64,000 nt of DNA from Euryarchaeota archaeon UBA23 (GTDB lineage: Archaea; Thermoplasmatota; Poseidoniia; Poseidoniales; Thalassarchaeaceae), in the NCBI GenBank assembly GCA_002498725.1, contig DAIJ01000016.1, forward strand, positions 6,349-70,348, in the 5' to 3' direction. Every line of letters begins with the position of its first letter. Within the stretch, counting starts at the first letter, position 1. Shown piece by piece: positions 38,470 to 49,400 of this stretch. The notes below the pieces were generated by a model. It worked only from the letters and a program-made list of their open reading frames with translations, had not been told where the DNA came from and did not search any database. Position numbers and translations under genes: made by a program.

Positions 38470-39099
38470 TCAATATTCTACAACTTCCGAATCGACAACT
38501 CTCCACATATACCATACTCCAAGGGTTCTGTATGGCTTCCATGAATTTGAAATTTCAATTAGGGCATTTTTATCTAAAGGATTTCCTGAGTTGTAGACTT
38601 TTTCCATACCTCTGATTAATCCGATATCATCTAATGGAAAAATATCGGGTCTTAAGAGGGCGAAGATAAGCAACATTTGGGCAGTCCATTTACCAACTCC
38701 TCTCAGCGAAATTAATTTGCCCAACACTTCATCATCACTCATTGTTTTCCATTTAAGTTCATTTAATCCATCCCTCCATTCCTCAGAAATACCAATTATG
38801 TATTCCACTTTTCGATTTGAAAGACCTACATCTCTAAGCTCTTTATGAGATTTTTTCAAGATATTTTCATCCGTAATTTGGCCTACTAGATCCGATAATC
38901 TTTCCCAAACAGCTGATGCAGCGACCACAGATATCTGTTGACCGACTATTGATTTAATTAGAGTTGCAAAGAGATCTCCTCTAGATTGCAATTGTTGATC
39001 ATCTATAGTATCAATTATTTTAGCCATAGATTTGTCTGATTTTGCTATAAATAACTTACCTTCGCACCACCAATCAGCAACTTCTCTATGGCTTTGCAT
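38470..39099 (-). CDS. DNA-3-methyladenine glycosylase (AlkA/HhH-GPD family)
   Basis: SIVGQQIS..AA, GLS.RK..YI, HhH LRGVGKWTA, RPDIFP.DD.G, WKPYR. Confidence 0.9.
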   Translation of the reverse strand: MQSHREVADWWCEGKLFIAKSDKSMAKIIDTIDDQQLQSRGDLFATLIKSIVGQQISVVAASAVWERLSDLVGQITDENILKKSHKELRDVGLSNRKVEYIIGISEEWRDGLNELKWKTMSDDEVLGKLISLRGVGKWTAQMLLIFALLRPDIFPLDDIGLIRGMEKVYNSGNPLDKNALIEISNSWKPYRTLGVWYMWRVVDSEVVEY

Positions 39100-39147
39100 A
39101 AATCTCCGAACACATCATTCATTATTGTAAGTCCGGTCCCAAGATTG

Positions 39148-39639
39148 ATGGACGAGGTTAAGGCACTATTGATAGCAGGAGTAATTTTTACAGTTGGTTT
39201 TGTTGGTTACGTAATCTTAGATGATGGTGATGAAGGATCACAATGGCCTATTGTAGATGTTTGTATTGGCGGCCATAGCGACTCTCTTGCAGATCATTAT
39301 CATCCATTTCTTAACATAGTAATTGACGGTAATGTGGTAGAGATTCCTTCCAATGTGGGTATTGATGATGATCATTGCCCTAATGGGATGAGGGGGATCC
39401 ATACACACGATGAATCAGGTAAATTACATGTAGAAATTCCAGATAGTGATCTAGATGCTACTGTTGGGGCATTTTTCGAAATTTGGGGCATGGAATTCGA
39501 TGAAACTCATATTCTGAACAAAGTTGCTAATGAAGGAAATGAGGTTGTTATGTTTGTAAATGGCATTCAAAATTATGAATATCAAGATTATGTCATGGAA
39601 GATGGCGATCAGATTGAAATTCGCTATCAGGCAAAATAA
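39148..39639 (+). CDS. Membrane-anchored/secreted hypothetical protein with His-rich putative metal site
   Basis: N-terminal TM, HYH, IPSNVGI, IHTHDESGKLHVE, FF.IWG, DGDQIEI. Start moved to ATG 39148. Confidence 0.75.
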   Translation: MDEVKALLIAGVIFTVGFVGYVILDDGDEGSQWPIVDVCIGGHSDSLADHYHPFLNIVIDGNVVEIPSNVGIDDDHCPNGMRGIHTHDESGKLHVEIPDSDLDATVGAFFEIWGMEFDETHILNKVANEGNEVVMFVNGIQNYEYQDYVMEDGDQIEIRYQAK

Positions 39640-39644
39640 TTCAA

Positions 39645-41117
39645 TCACCCTTTGATTACTGCTATTGGTCTCAATCTGGCAACTGGTCTTGCTAAGCCAG
39701 ATTCATTGGTCAAACGAATCACTTCATCTACATCTTTGTAGGCTTCAGGAGCCTCTTCAGACAAAATGTTAGGTGTTTTTGCATGTACGTGAATACCAGC
39801 ATTTTCAAGCCTATTACGTAGCTTAATTGAGTCTACTTTATTCCTAGCAGCAGTTCTTGATAATTGACGTCCTGCTCCATGACAAGATGATGAAAATGCA
39901 TCATTGGCTCCTGATTTAGGGCCAGCCAATATCCATGAGGCAGTGCCCATGTCTCCGGGTACTAAAACTGGCTGCCCAACTCCTGAAAATTTCGTTGCTA
40001 ATTCTGGGTGATCTCCACCTAATGCTCTCGTTGCTCCCTTTCTATGAACGCAGCATTTGCATGATTTACCATGTACCACATGGTCTTCTACCTTTGCAAT
40101 GTTGTGGCTTACATCATACACAACTTCTAGAGTTCCATCTATTCGAAGATTTTTTCTTAAAACATTACGTAATCTTTGAGTAAGTGCCGATCTATTAGCG
40201 AATGCATAGTTGCCTGCTGCACGCATTGCATCCAAGTAAGCCTGACCTTCCTTACTGAATATAGGGGCTGATGCTAGTTGTCTGTCACTAAGACTATACC
40301 CCCAATCATTAGAAACCCATTTTAAACCTTTTTTCCTATATTTTGATTCTATATAGCTTACGTGATCGCTACAAACTTGGTGGCCAAGTCCACGTGACCC
40401 AGTATGTATCATTGTTGTAATTTGCCCTTCTCTTATCCCATAGGCTGCTGCTGCTTCTTTGTCTTCAATCCGGTCAACTACTTGTAATTCAAGAAAATGA
40501 TTTCCTGACCCTAAGGTTCCTAGAGCTTTCATCCCTCTTTTTTGTGCTCTTTCGCCAATATTCCATTCATCAGGTTCCAATCGCCCATTAGATTCTATTG
40601 AAGCCAAATCTTGTGTTTCACCCCAACCGATATCTATAGCCGCTTCAGCACCCTCGCTTAGAATAGAATCCATTTTTGTTTCGTTAAGAATTACTCCGCC
40701 CTTACTTGAGGCACCTGCAGGAATTTGTTGGGCAAGTGATTTAGCTAAAACCTTAGTATCTATTTGACTCAGTTCAATATCAAGTGAACACAATCTTACT
40801 CCACAGTTAATGTCGAACCCAACTCCTCCTGGTGAGATGGCGCCACCCAATTCATTTGATTCTATATCGGTAGCAACAACTCCTCCTATTGGAAATCCAT
40901 ATCCAAAATGCCAATCTGCCATCGCCCAAGCATTCCCTACGATACCGGGGATCTCAGCAGTATTGCATAATTGTTCAGGCGAACGATCATCAGAATGTTT
41001 AGAAAGATGTTCTGAATCAGTAATTAATACTGCATCAGTAAGCATCGATCCATGTTTTGAGATACGCATCCGACCATTTCCATCTGGTACCAGATGCTCT
41101 CGCCACGTAGCACTCAT
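39645..41117 (-). CDS. rtcB: tRNA-splicing RNA ligase RtcB
   Basis: D.H.GYGFPIGGV, GGVGFDINCG, LGSGNHFLE, HTGSRGLGHQ, DVSHN, HRKGATRA, HGAGR, EEAPEAYKDVD, IKG end. No intein. Confidence 0.95.
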   Translation of the reverse strand: MSATWREHLVPDGNGRMRISKHGSMLTDAVLITDSEHLSKHSDDRSPEQLCNTAEIPGIVGNAWAMADWHFGYGFPIGGVVATDIESNELGGAISPGGVGFDINCGVRLCSLDIELSQIDTKVLAKSLAQQIPAGASSKGGVILNETKMDSILSEGAEAAIDIGWGETQDLASIESNGRLEPDEWNIGERAQKRGMKALGTLGSGNHFLELQVVDRIEDKEAAAAYGIREGQITTMIHTGSRGLGHQVCSDHVSYIESKYRKKGLKWVSNDWGYSLSDRQLASAPIFSKEGQAYLDAMRAAGNYAFANRSALTQRLRNVLRKNLRIDGTLEVVYDVSHNIAKVEDHVVHGKSCKCCVHRKGATRALGGDHPELATKFSGVGQPVLVPGDMGTASWILAGPKSGANDAFSSSCHGAGRQLSRTAARNKVDSIKLRNRLENAGIHVHAKTPNILSEEAPEAYKDVDEVIRLTNESGLARPVARLRPIAVIKG

Positions 41118-41192
41118 GGTGGACTCCTGTGGAGTCCATGATTTCAACGCGACGCAGTCTTTTCAACAATTGATTTCAAGACGTGACAGTCA

Positions 41193-44078
41193 ATGGGCCG
41201 TGTAAGGAGTGATAGTGTGACGTTCGGCGAGATTCATATCCCGTATTGGGAGGAAGCCGGTTTCATTCGTCGTACTTGTCGTGTAACTGGTCAGTATTTT
41301 TGGACCAGAGATCCATTGAGAGATACTTGTGGAGACTCAACTGAAGACTCTTACACATTCATTGGATCTCCAATAATTGACGGCTTTAGTATGAGGGGTA
41401 AGCCTCTAAAGGATGCAATGAGAGAAATGTTCCTGAATTTTTTTGAGAACAAAGAACATACAAGAATAGATCCTTATCCTGTAATTGCTAGATGGAGGGA
41501 GGATATTCATCTCACGATAGCCTCAATCGCCGATTTCCAACCTCATGTGACGAATGGCACCGTACCTCCTCCAGCTAATCCTCTGTGTATCTCTCAACCG
41601 TGTATCAGATTAACTGATGTTGCAGCAGTCGGGCGTTCGGGAAGACATCTTTCTACATTTGAGATGATGGCACATCACGCCTTCAATCGCCCAAAAGAGG
41701 ACGGAGTCATATATTGGATAGATCAATGTGTGAGGTTTTGTGATGAGATGCTATGTGTGCATCTTGGTATTGATCCTTCTCAAGTAACATATCTTGAGAA
41801 TCCTTGGTCAGGCGGGGGTAATGCCGGCCCTGCATTGGAAGTAATTGTTGGAGGTTTAGAACTAGCCACTCTTGTATTTATGAATCTTGAAGAGCATGAA
41901 GAAGGAGAAATAGAAATTAAGGGATTAAAATATAGAGAGATGGATTTGCAAATAATAGATACTGGTTATGGCTTAGAACGTTTTTGTTGGGCCGCTGCTG
42001 GGACTCCTACAATCTATGAGGCAATATATCCGGAGTCAGTTAATTGGCTGAAAGACATGGTTAAATTCGATCAAATGGTAAAGAGTTTGAATTTTTCAAC
42101 TGATGCCGACGAACTTCTTGGAGAACTTTCTAAATTAGCTGGGATTTTGAATATTGATGTGGGCACAGATGTTGAATCTCTTTATCAAAAATTGTCAGAT
42201 AGGCTCCTTGATAATGGTCTAAATGTTTCAGTAGATGATCTGAAAAGAATCACGGAGCCACTTTCTAGCATTTATGCGATACCCGATCATATGCATGCCA
42301 TATGCAATATGTTAGGTGACGGATTAGTCCCAAGTAATTCTAAGGCCGGATATCTTGTTCGTATGTTATCTAGAAGAGTTTGTAGAATGAAGGATGAGTT
42401 GGGCATAGAAGTTACGCTTTCTGATCTGGGAATTCACCATATGGAAAAACATCTTGAACTCTCCGGATTCATTCAATCTCGTGAAGGTATTATTTCTATA
42501 CTCACACTTGAGGAAGAACGTTATTATGAGATGTTAAGAAAGGGGGAGGCTGCAGTTAGAACTGCTTTGAGAGATTGTCCAAAGGATATTGAAGAGGCTC
42601 CTGATGAAACATTGTTCCGCTTAGCCGAGGAACGTGGATTAAACCCAGAGATGGTAGTTTCAATTGCAAATAGAGCGGGTTGGTCTAATCTTAAAGTCCG
42701 AGTAGGATTCTCTGCCGATATGGCTGCAAGGAATGCTGAGAGAACTAAAGCGGCAGCGAAAGAGAAGGTTAGAGGAGAGATTTTCACTACAGAAAAAATA
42801 CCCAATACAATTAGAGATTATTATGATGATACTAGTGCCACCACTTTCAATGCATTAGCAATAGATTGTAGGGAATTAAATGAGAACCAAATAGATATGC
42901 TAAATCTTTCACCTGAAGTAAAAATTAGCCCTACCCATTCAGTTGTTTTAGATCGAACTTTATTCTATCCAGAAGGCGGAGGTCAATTGGGTGACCAAGG
43001 AAATATTGGCAACGTAAAAGTAGTTGATACAAGGATAGAGAATGAAGTCATATTTCACCTCACAGATGGGCCAGTAGAAATAGGCGATATTTCAGGAGAA
43101 ATTAACTGGCATCGTCGCCGTCAATTAATGGATCATCATACTGCAGTTCATATTGTAGGAGGTAGTGCCAGACAACTTCTTGGCCCTCACATATGGCAAG
43201 CCGGTTCAAATAAAGGTGAGAGGTATGCTAGAATTGATCTCACTCATTTTACTAGACTTAGCCGAGTAGATCTTGATGCTATAGAAGACCATGCTAATGG
43301 GGTTATTGCTTCTAATCCAATTATTGAGAAAAAGATACTTAGTCGTGCTGAGGCAGACACAAGTTTCGGCTTTGAATTGTATCAAGGAGGGCCTCCTAAA
43401 CAAAGTACAATAAGAGTCATAAAAATTGGAGATCATGACGTTCAAGCATGTGGGGGGACTCATCATGATGAGGCAGGCGAAGTGGGTGAATTACGCATAA
43501 TAAGGGCCAGTCAAGTCCAAGACGGGGTAGAGCGTCTGCAAATCGTGGCAGGTGAAACCGCACGCGAGCATGCCCGGGCCCAAGAAAGGCTTCTCGCTGA
43601 ATCTAGTGAAGTCCTTGGAGTGTCTCCTAATGACCTCCCAGCGACAGTATCTAGATTCTTTGAAGAATGGAAAATGCAGCAAAAGAAGATAGAGGCACTT
43701 GAAGCGGAAATCGTTAGACTCCGTACTAGTGGCGGTGGAGATGCAGCAATTCAGAAGGATGGAGTTCGCTACGCGATTATGGAGGTAGATGGAGACATGA
43801 AAGCCGTGATGTCTATGCTAGGTGAATTGACACGAGACCCTCGGATTCCAACTCTAGCAGTTATTGGCACCAGAGATGGCGGGGGCAAGCTAATCGTTGC
43901 GAGTACTGAAGGTTCTATCGTAGCCGAGAAATATGATGCAACCAAAATTCTTGCTGCCATTGCTGGACATATAGATGGAGGGGGCGGAGGTCGGCCTACT
44001 ATGGCTCAAGGCGGTGGCTCAAATCCAGAGGGTATTCCTGCTGCTCTAGAAGCTGCGCGTAAACTTCTAGGATTGTGA
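41193..44078 (+). CDS. alaS: Alanine--tRNA ligase (archaeal type)
   Basis: TIASIADFQP, QPCIRL.D...VG.SGRH, DTGYGLER, YPEGGGQ, editing motifs HTAVH and QACGGTH, C-terminal GGGGGRP.MAQGGG. The start may be GTG 41217. Confidence 0.96.
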   Translation: MGRVRSDSVTFGEIHIPYWEEAGFIRRTCRVTGQYFWTRDPLRDTCGDSTEDSYTFIGSPIIDGFSMRGKPLKDAMREMFLNFFENKEHTRIDPYPVIARWREDIHLTIASIADFQPHVTNGTVPPPANPLCISQPCIRLTDVAAVGRSGRHLSTFEMMAHHAFNRPKEDGVIYWIDQCVRFCDEMLCVHLGIDPSQVTYLENPWSGGGNAGPALEVIVGGLELATLVFMNLEEHEEGEIEIKGLKYREMDLQIIDTGYGLERFCWAAAGTPTIYEAIYPESVNWLKDMVKFDQMVKSLNFSTDADELLGELSKLAGILNIDVGTDVESLYQKLSDRLLDNGLNVSVDDLKRITEPLSSIYAIPDHMHAICNMLGDGLVPSNSKAGYLVRMLSRRVCRMKDELGIEVTLSDLGIHHMEKHLELSGFIQSREGIISILTLEEERYYEMLRKGEAAVRTALRDCPKDIEEAPDETLFRLAEERGLNPEMVVSIANRAGWSNLKVRVGFSADMAARNAERTKAAAKEKVRGEIFTTEKIPNTIRDYYDDTSATTFNALAIDCRELNENQIDMLNLSPEVKISPTHSVVLDRTLFYPEGGGQLGDQGNIGNVKVVDTRIENEVIFHLTDGPVEIGDISGEINWHRRRQLMDHHTAVHIVGGSARQLLGPHIWQAGSNKGERYARIDLTHFTRLSRVDLDAIEDHANGVIASNPIIEKKILSRAEADTSFGFELYQGGPPKQSTIRVIKIGDHDVQACGGTHHDEAGEVGELRIIRASQVQDGVERLQIVAGETAREHARAQERLLAESSEVLGVSPNDLPATVSRFFEEWKMQQKKIEALEAEIVRLRTSGGGDAAIQKDGVRYAIMEVDGDMKAVMSMLGELTRDPRIPTLAVIGTRDGGGKLIVASTEGSIVAEKYDATKILAAIAGHIDGGGGGRPTMAQGGGSNPEGIPAALEAARKLLGL

Positions 44079-44082
44079 ACCG

Positions 44083-45285
44083 ATGTCTCAGGAAATTGAT
44101 GTATCTGCTCGTGCAGCAGCGATAGAGTACGCTATACGAGATGTAGTTGTTCCAGCAATTGAGTTGGAGAATCAAGGGCAAGAAATAATTCGTTTGAATA
44201 TTGGAGATCCTCTTGCATACGAAGGGCTCCCAACCCCAAGTCATATGGTGTCTGCTTACAAGAAAGCTCTTGATTCTCAGAATAATGGCTACGGCCCCTC
44301 TTACGGTCTTTCGGAGTTAAGAGATGCAATTTCTTTGTCCGAATCAAAAAAAGGATGGAATTGTTCATCTGATGATGTTTATGTTACCCATGGAGTAACT
44401 GAAGCACTGCAGATAATTTTCGCATCATTTCTTGAGGATGGGACCAAGATCCTTGCTCCTGGTCCACATTATCCACCTTACATGGCATATCCGCAAATGT
44501 ATGGGGCTACTACAATTGAATATCGATTGAATCCACTTGACAGTTGGCGAATTGATTTAGAAGATATACGTCAAAAGATGGATGACACAGTCCGTCTTTT
44601 AGTTCTAATAAATCCTAATAACCCTACAGGAAATGTGGCTACTCAAGATGAAATAGACAAACTTATTCAAATTGTAAAGCAGTATCCTAAATGCACTATA
44701 ATTTCTGATGAGATTTATGACGCATTGGATTTTACTGGCAATTTAGTTTCAACGGCGTCAAGATCTTCAGAAGTCCCTGTAATTGTTCTTAATGGAGTTT
44801 CTAAAGTCTACTTTGCTCCGGGTTGGCGAATTGGATATATGGCTTGGCATGATCCTAAAGGAGTTCTTTCCTCAGTTAGAGATGGCGCCGAGCGTTTGTT
44901 AAGAAGTAGACTATGCGCATCAACTCCTGCCCAATATGGTTATCTTGAGGGATTGGTTAGTAATACAGAATGGCTCAATAGTCATAAAAATAATATCAAA
45001 AAAAGGTTAGATTATTGCATTGAAAGAATTAATTCCATAGATGGAATAGAGTGTCAACCACCGGGTGGGGCATTCTATATTTTTGTAAGAATCACAGATC
45101 CAAATCTTTCTTCAGATAAGCAGTGGGTACTTGATTTGCTACATCAATATCATGTGTTGGTAGTCCATGGATCTGGCTTCTCTCCCGAATATGGTAATGG
45201 GCACTTTCGTATGGTTTGCTTGCCGACAATTGAAGTTTTGTCAGAAGTGTTTGATAGGATTGAGAAATTCATTAATGGTAGATAA
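44083..45285 (+). CDS. PLP-dependent class I/II aminotransferase (alanine aminotransferase-like)
   Basis: IEYAIRD, LNIGDP, INPNNPTG, SDEIY, GVSK...PGWRIG, P.GAFY.F. Confidence 0.92.
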   Translation: MSQEIDVSARAAAIEYAIRDVVVPAIELENQGQEIIRLNIGDPLAYEGLPTPSHMVSAYKKALDSQNNGYGPSYGLSELRDAISLSESKKGWNCSSDDVYVTHGVTEALQIIFASFLEDGTKILAPGPHYPPYMAYPQMYGATTIEYRLNPLDSWRIDLEDIRQKMDDTVRLLVLINPNNPTGNVATQDEIDKLIQIVKQYPKCTIISDEIYDALDFTGNLVSTASRSSEVPVIVLNGVSKVYFAPGWRIGYMAWHDPKGVLSSVRDGAERLLRSRLCASTPAQYGYLEGLVSNTEWLNSHKNNIKKRLDYCIERINSIDGIECQPPGGAFYIFVRITDPNLSSDKQWVLDLLHQYHVLVVHGSGFSPEYGNGHFRMVCLPTIEVLSEVFDRIEKFINGR

Positions 45286-45286
45286 A

Positions 45287-46378
45287 ATGGGTTTTTTTAA
45301 TTTTTTCTTAGGTAGAAATAAGAAAAATAGAAATTCATTCTTTGAACGTTGGGTCTGGATGGAAAATGGGCTAATTAGGGATCTCTTAAGAGAAAACCAA
45401 CCTGCGTGGATAGTCGGCACTAATCTATTTGAAAGTTGGATTCAAGGTGTTGAAGAAAGATGTAATCAGAGTTTAGGACGTCGATTAGCTCATGCCGCTA
45501 ACCAATCAGATGAGGCTTTAATACCTAGGAATCTTAAGTTGAATATTCTAACTAGAAAATCTAGTATTGATTGGGATGAATTGAATGTTGACTGGAAACA
45601 TCGAGGATTAGGGGAATTGAGTTTACTTGATAATTCAGAAGAAAATTTGAGTCTCCTAATTTCTTTTCCAGCCAATGAAGCAATGTGTGCAGGTTTTGCA
45701 TCGGCAGCTATTGAGAGATATAGTGGTACGAGGTATAGATTCAGATGGAACGGTACTCGCGAACAAAGTGTAGTGGTAAGATTCACAGAAGATAAAATCG
45801 AAATCCCAACAGTTCAAGTTTTGGATGTTGATTGGCTTGATGGAGATAGTAATGTTATTGAATTGGAAGATTTCAAATTTTTCGAGAATGATGATTATGG
45901 AAGAATTTCATTTATGGGCAATCGCTCTATATTTTTACATCGAGATTTAATTATTAGATTCATCCAATTCTGTGAGCCCTATGTGGAAGAATTATTTTCT
46001 GGACATATTAATCAGTATGATTTTTCAGGTTTATCGAAATCAGATCAGTTAATCTGGACAGCAATGGCTGACTCTCTGAGAGAGGCGACTTTCAATATGG
46101 GCTTTCACGTAATGATCTCTAAATCAGATGATTGGCTAAATGTGGGCTCCCGTTTTCTCTCAGATTCCGGATTGGGAAGTATCGAATCAGTCACTTTAAT
46201 TGATGAACATGGAGGTGTTGAATTTATTCTTAATGGCTGTTTCCATCCTGCCTTAGCAGGCGGTGTACTTCTTTCTTGTTGGGAGCGTGCTTATGGCCGC
46301 CGAGGATGTTTGAAATGTAATATGAAAGGCGGTATAGTGCATCTTATCATATCCTCTTCTGTAGAACTTAGCAATTGA
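45287..46378 (+). CDS. Hypothetical protein with two V4R/TRAPP-like halves
   Basis: Duplicated pattern (W..RGLG.L...CAGFA..A.E / F...SGLG.I...AGG.L...WE..YG), each half preceded by a G-x-I/L...R/W motif. ATG two nt after the aminotransferase stop. Confidence 0.6.
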   Translation: MGFFNFFLGRNKKNRNSFFERWVWMENGLIRDLLRENQPAWIVGTNLFESWIQGVEERCNQSLGRRLAHAANQSDEALIPRNLKLNILTRKSSIDWDELNVDWKHRGLGELSLLDNSEENLSLLISFPANEAMCAGFASAAIERYSGTRYRFRWNGTREQSVVVRFTEDKIEIPTVQVLDVDWLDGDSNVIELEDFKFFENDDYGRISFMGNRSIFLHRDLIIRFIQFCEPYVEELFSGHINQYDFSGLSKSDQLIWTAMADSLREATFNMGFHVMISKSDDWLNVGSRFLSDSGLGSIESVTLIDEHGGVEFILNGCFHPALAGGVLLSCWERAYGRRGCLKCNMKGGIVHLIISSSVELSN

Positions 46379-46450
46379 GTTCTGAGATGCGTCCTCGCTG
46401 AAACATTATAGCCATAACCAAGGTCAAAGAGACGGCCCCATAGGGGCCGG

Positions 46451-49400
46451 GTGTGGAAAATGGCTCTATCTCATAATCAATATGCAGTTGCAGCGATTGC
46501 GGCAACTCTCTGTTTAGCTGGGTTTTACACAATTATTGACGCAGGTCTTTCAACTACTGAATCAGGTGGTTTTGATTCAGCAGGAGGTGATGTAATCATT
46601 ACAGACTCTGAGGACCAATATGCTGGTGAGGATTATGATGGGGATGGATTACCAAATAGGATGGAACAAACCCTCTATGGTACTGATTGGAGGAAGAATG
46701 ATACAGATAATGATGGTCTTGAAGATGGTTGGGAAATACAAAATGGACTCGATCCGTTAGATTCTGGTGAGCCCGATATTGGTGAAGTACAGAATGAAAA
46801 TCCTGGACAAGAGGAAGAGACTGGCGAACAGAACGAAACATTCCCTGATCCCGACAATGGCCCTTTCGGAGATCCTGATCGTGATGGCTTGACAAATCAA
46901 GAAGAGGCACTGATTGGAACAAATCCAACGGTCCAAGATAGCGATGGAGATGGTTTGAATGATCGCTGGGAATCGCTGTATACTGAGACAATTCAAACTG
47001 CTCAAGGGCCAGTTGTACTTCTCGACCCTCTCAATCCAAACTGGGACTGTCCATTACTAACAGCGCAAGTTGAGGCCGAAATGAAGCAGATTATTGGTAT
47101 GAATACGTGGAACAATCTTCCAGTCGGGCCTAGTGGCCACCACTCTTGTGATTCTGTACTTGATATAGATCGCCAGGGTCCAGACTCTTTACCAAATTTC
47201 CTTGAAGAATTATATGATACAAATCCACTGGATGAAGATAGCGATGGTGATTTAATCCCAGATCGTGTAGAAGTTGCTTTTGGTAGCTTAGAACTTCAGG
47301 TTCATTGTGGCGTACCACAGTTTGGCACTATCAGAATGGACGCCCCTTACACTACTTTGATGTCAGGTTCTGGTGATCTTACGTGGTTCAATCAAGACAT
47401 GGATGGAGATGGTCGATTGAATGGTCCTGGGGACTGGGATACTGATGGCGATGGAATGCCTGATGGATTCGAATATTGTTACAACTCTCTCCTAGATCCT
47501 GCAAACTCTACCGATGCATACGGCGATGGTGACGAAGACGGCTTGAATAATGTCGAGGAATACGAGGTAGCTTATACTTGGGGGCCTGTTAATTTTACCA
47601 GTCCACTTAATCCGGATACTGATGGCGATGGAATGCCTGATGGGTGGGAGTATAACAGTGGTATTCATCCTAATGATGGATCTAACGCTGAAGAGGATCC
47701 TGACTTTGATGGTTATGATGCAGATGGTGATGGTGCAGTTAGATATACAGATCTTGTAGGAGTTACAACTGTGCATAGTATATCTGTTGAGATTGGAGAT
47801 TTTGTTCAGGTTAATCGCACTGTTCTATGGGTTAGAACGGTTCAAGAGAGTCAATATGTCAATTTACCAGTAAAGGCGCCAACTGCTGGTTGGATATATT
47901 CAATTAATGTGGAAATAGGTCAAGAAGTTCAAAGTCGATTACAAGATCTAATAATTATCGTAGAAGACCATGAAAGGTTCACTAACCTTGATGAATATAA
48001 TGCCAGAGATAGAGATGGAGATGGTATAGTAGATGGACGCTCTACTGATCCACTAGAACCAGATACAGATAATGATGGATTAATTGATGGAATTGAAGTC
48101 ATTGGCTGGACAATACGTATTGTTGATATGGGAGTTCGTGATGTACTCGTAAGATCCGATCCCGGCGTTTATGATACTGATAGAGATGGTCTTTCAGATT
48201 CTGTAGAATACTATGAAACTTTCACAAATACTACTGATAGAGATACTGATAGCGATGGCCTCGAGGATTTCACAGAATCTTATGATGGTTTCACATGGAA
48301 TGGAACTGTATATTTCACAAATGCATCAATGTTTGATACAGATAATGACGGTCTAAATGATGGAGAAGAGGTTACTGATGGAGAAGATCAGTATATCACC
48401 CATGCAAATAATGCAGATACAGATGATGACGGATTAAATGATGGTGGAGAAGTCCTCAATATCCCTAGGCCATGGCAGACTGCAACTAACCCATTAGACA
48501 ATGATACAGATGATGATGGGCAGCCAGATGGGTGGGAAATGCAGGTATTCTCAGTACAACAGAACACCAATAGCCATAGTCTATGGATTACAACTCAGAA
48601 TTGGTTACCTCTTGGTTGTGATGATATGCAAGAATGTGGTTTGGGACCTGGTGGTTGGGTCTGGAACAGTTATCTAAATGGTTTCCAAACGTCGGGAGAT
48701 CGTAATGGAGATGGGACTTTAGATCCTAAATATTTCATATATGAGATGAATTTAACTGGATTTAGTATTCCAGGGAATGGAAGATGGGCATTAGACCCAT
48801 CTTTTGGATCACAACCAGACTCGAACTTTGATATCGATAATGACACTCTCATCAATGCTTTAGAAGCTCCAGATCGTTGGGATACAAATCCAGTCGATGA
48901 TGACACAGATGGCGATTTACTAGCAGATGGTTGGGAAGTTGCGGCCTCTGAGAGGGCAATTAGTGCTGGTCTAGTAGACAATAACTCTCTCAATGCACTT
49001 GGAGCAAGAGGGCCTATGGATCCTAGAATGCCAGACTCAGATCTTGATGGTATAGATGATGGGTCAGAAGATTTTGATCAAGACGGACTTAATAGAACTC
49101 ATTTATTGAATCGTTATTGCCCTGGTTGGGATGATCCTCAGGTGGCAGAATGTCATATTGACCCTACTACCGAACGTGGTTCAATGTTCTATAATGATCT
49201 TGAAAATTATACAAATTATGAGGAATTCCAGAATCGTACCGATCCTGTTCTAGAAGACACCGATGGAGATGGATGGAATGATGGTTCAGAAGTTTACCAT
49301 CAGGACCACGATGATGATGGCATGTGGTCTGGCTGGGAATTCTACTTTGATTTTGACCCATTTGATCCGGCAGATGCCTTTGTAGATTCAGATGGAGATG

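Noticed and set aside
39645-41117. Intein in RtcB or introns in the tRNAs
   Set aside because: RtcB has normal length with contiguous motifs, and all three tRNAs fold without insertions.
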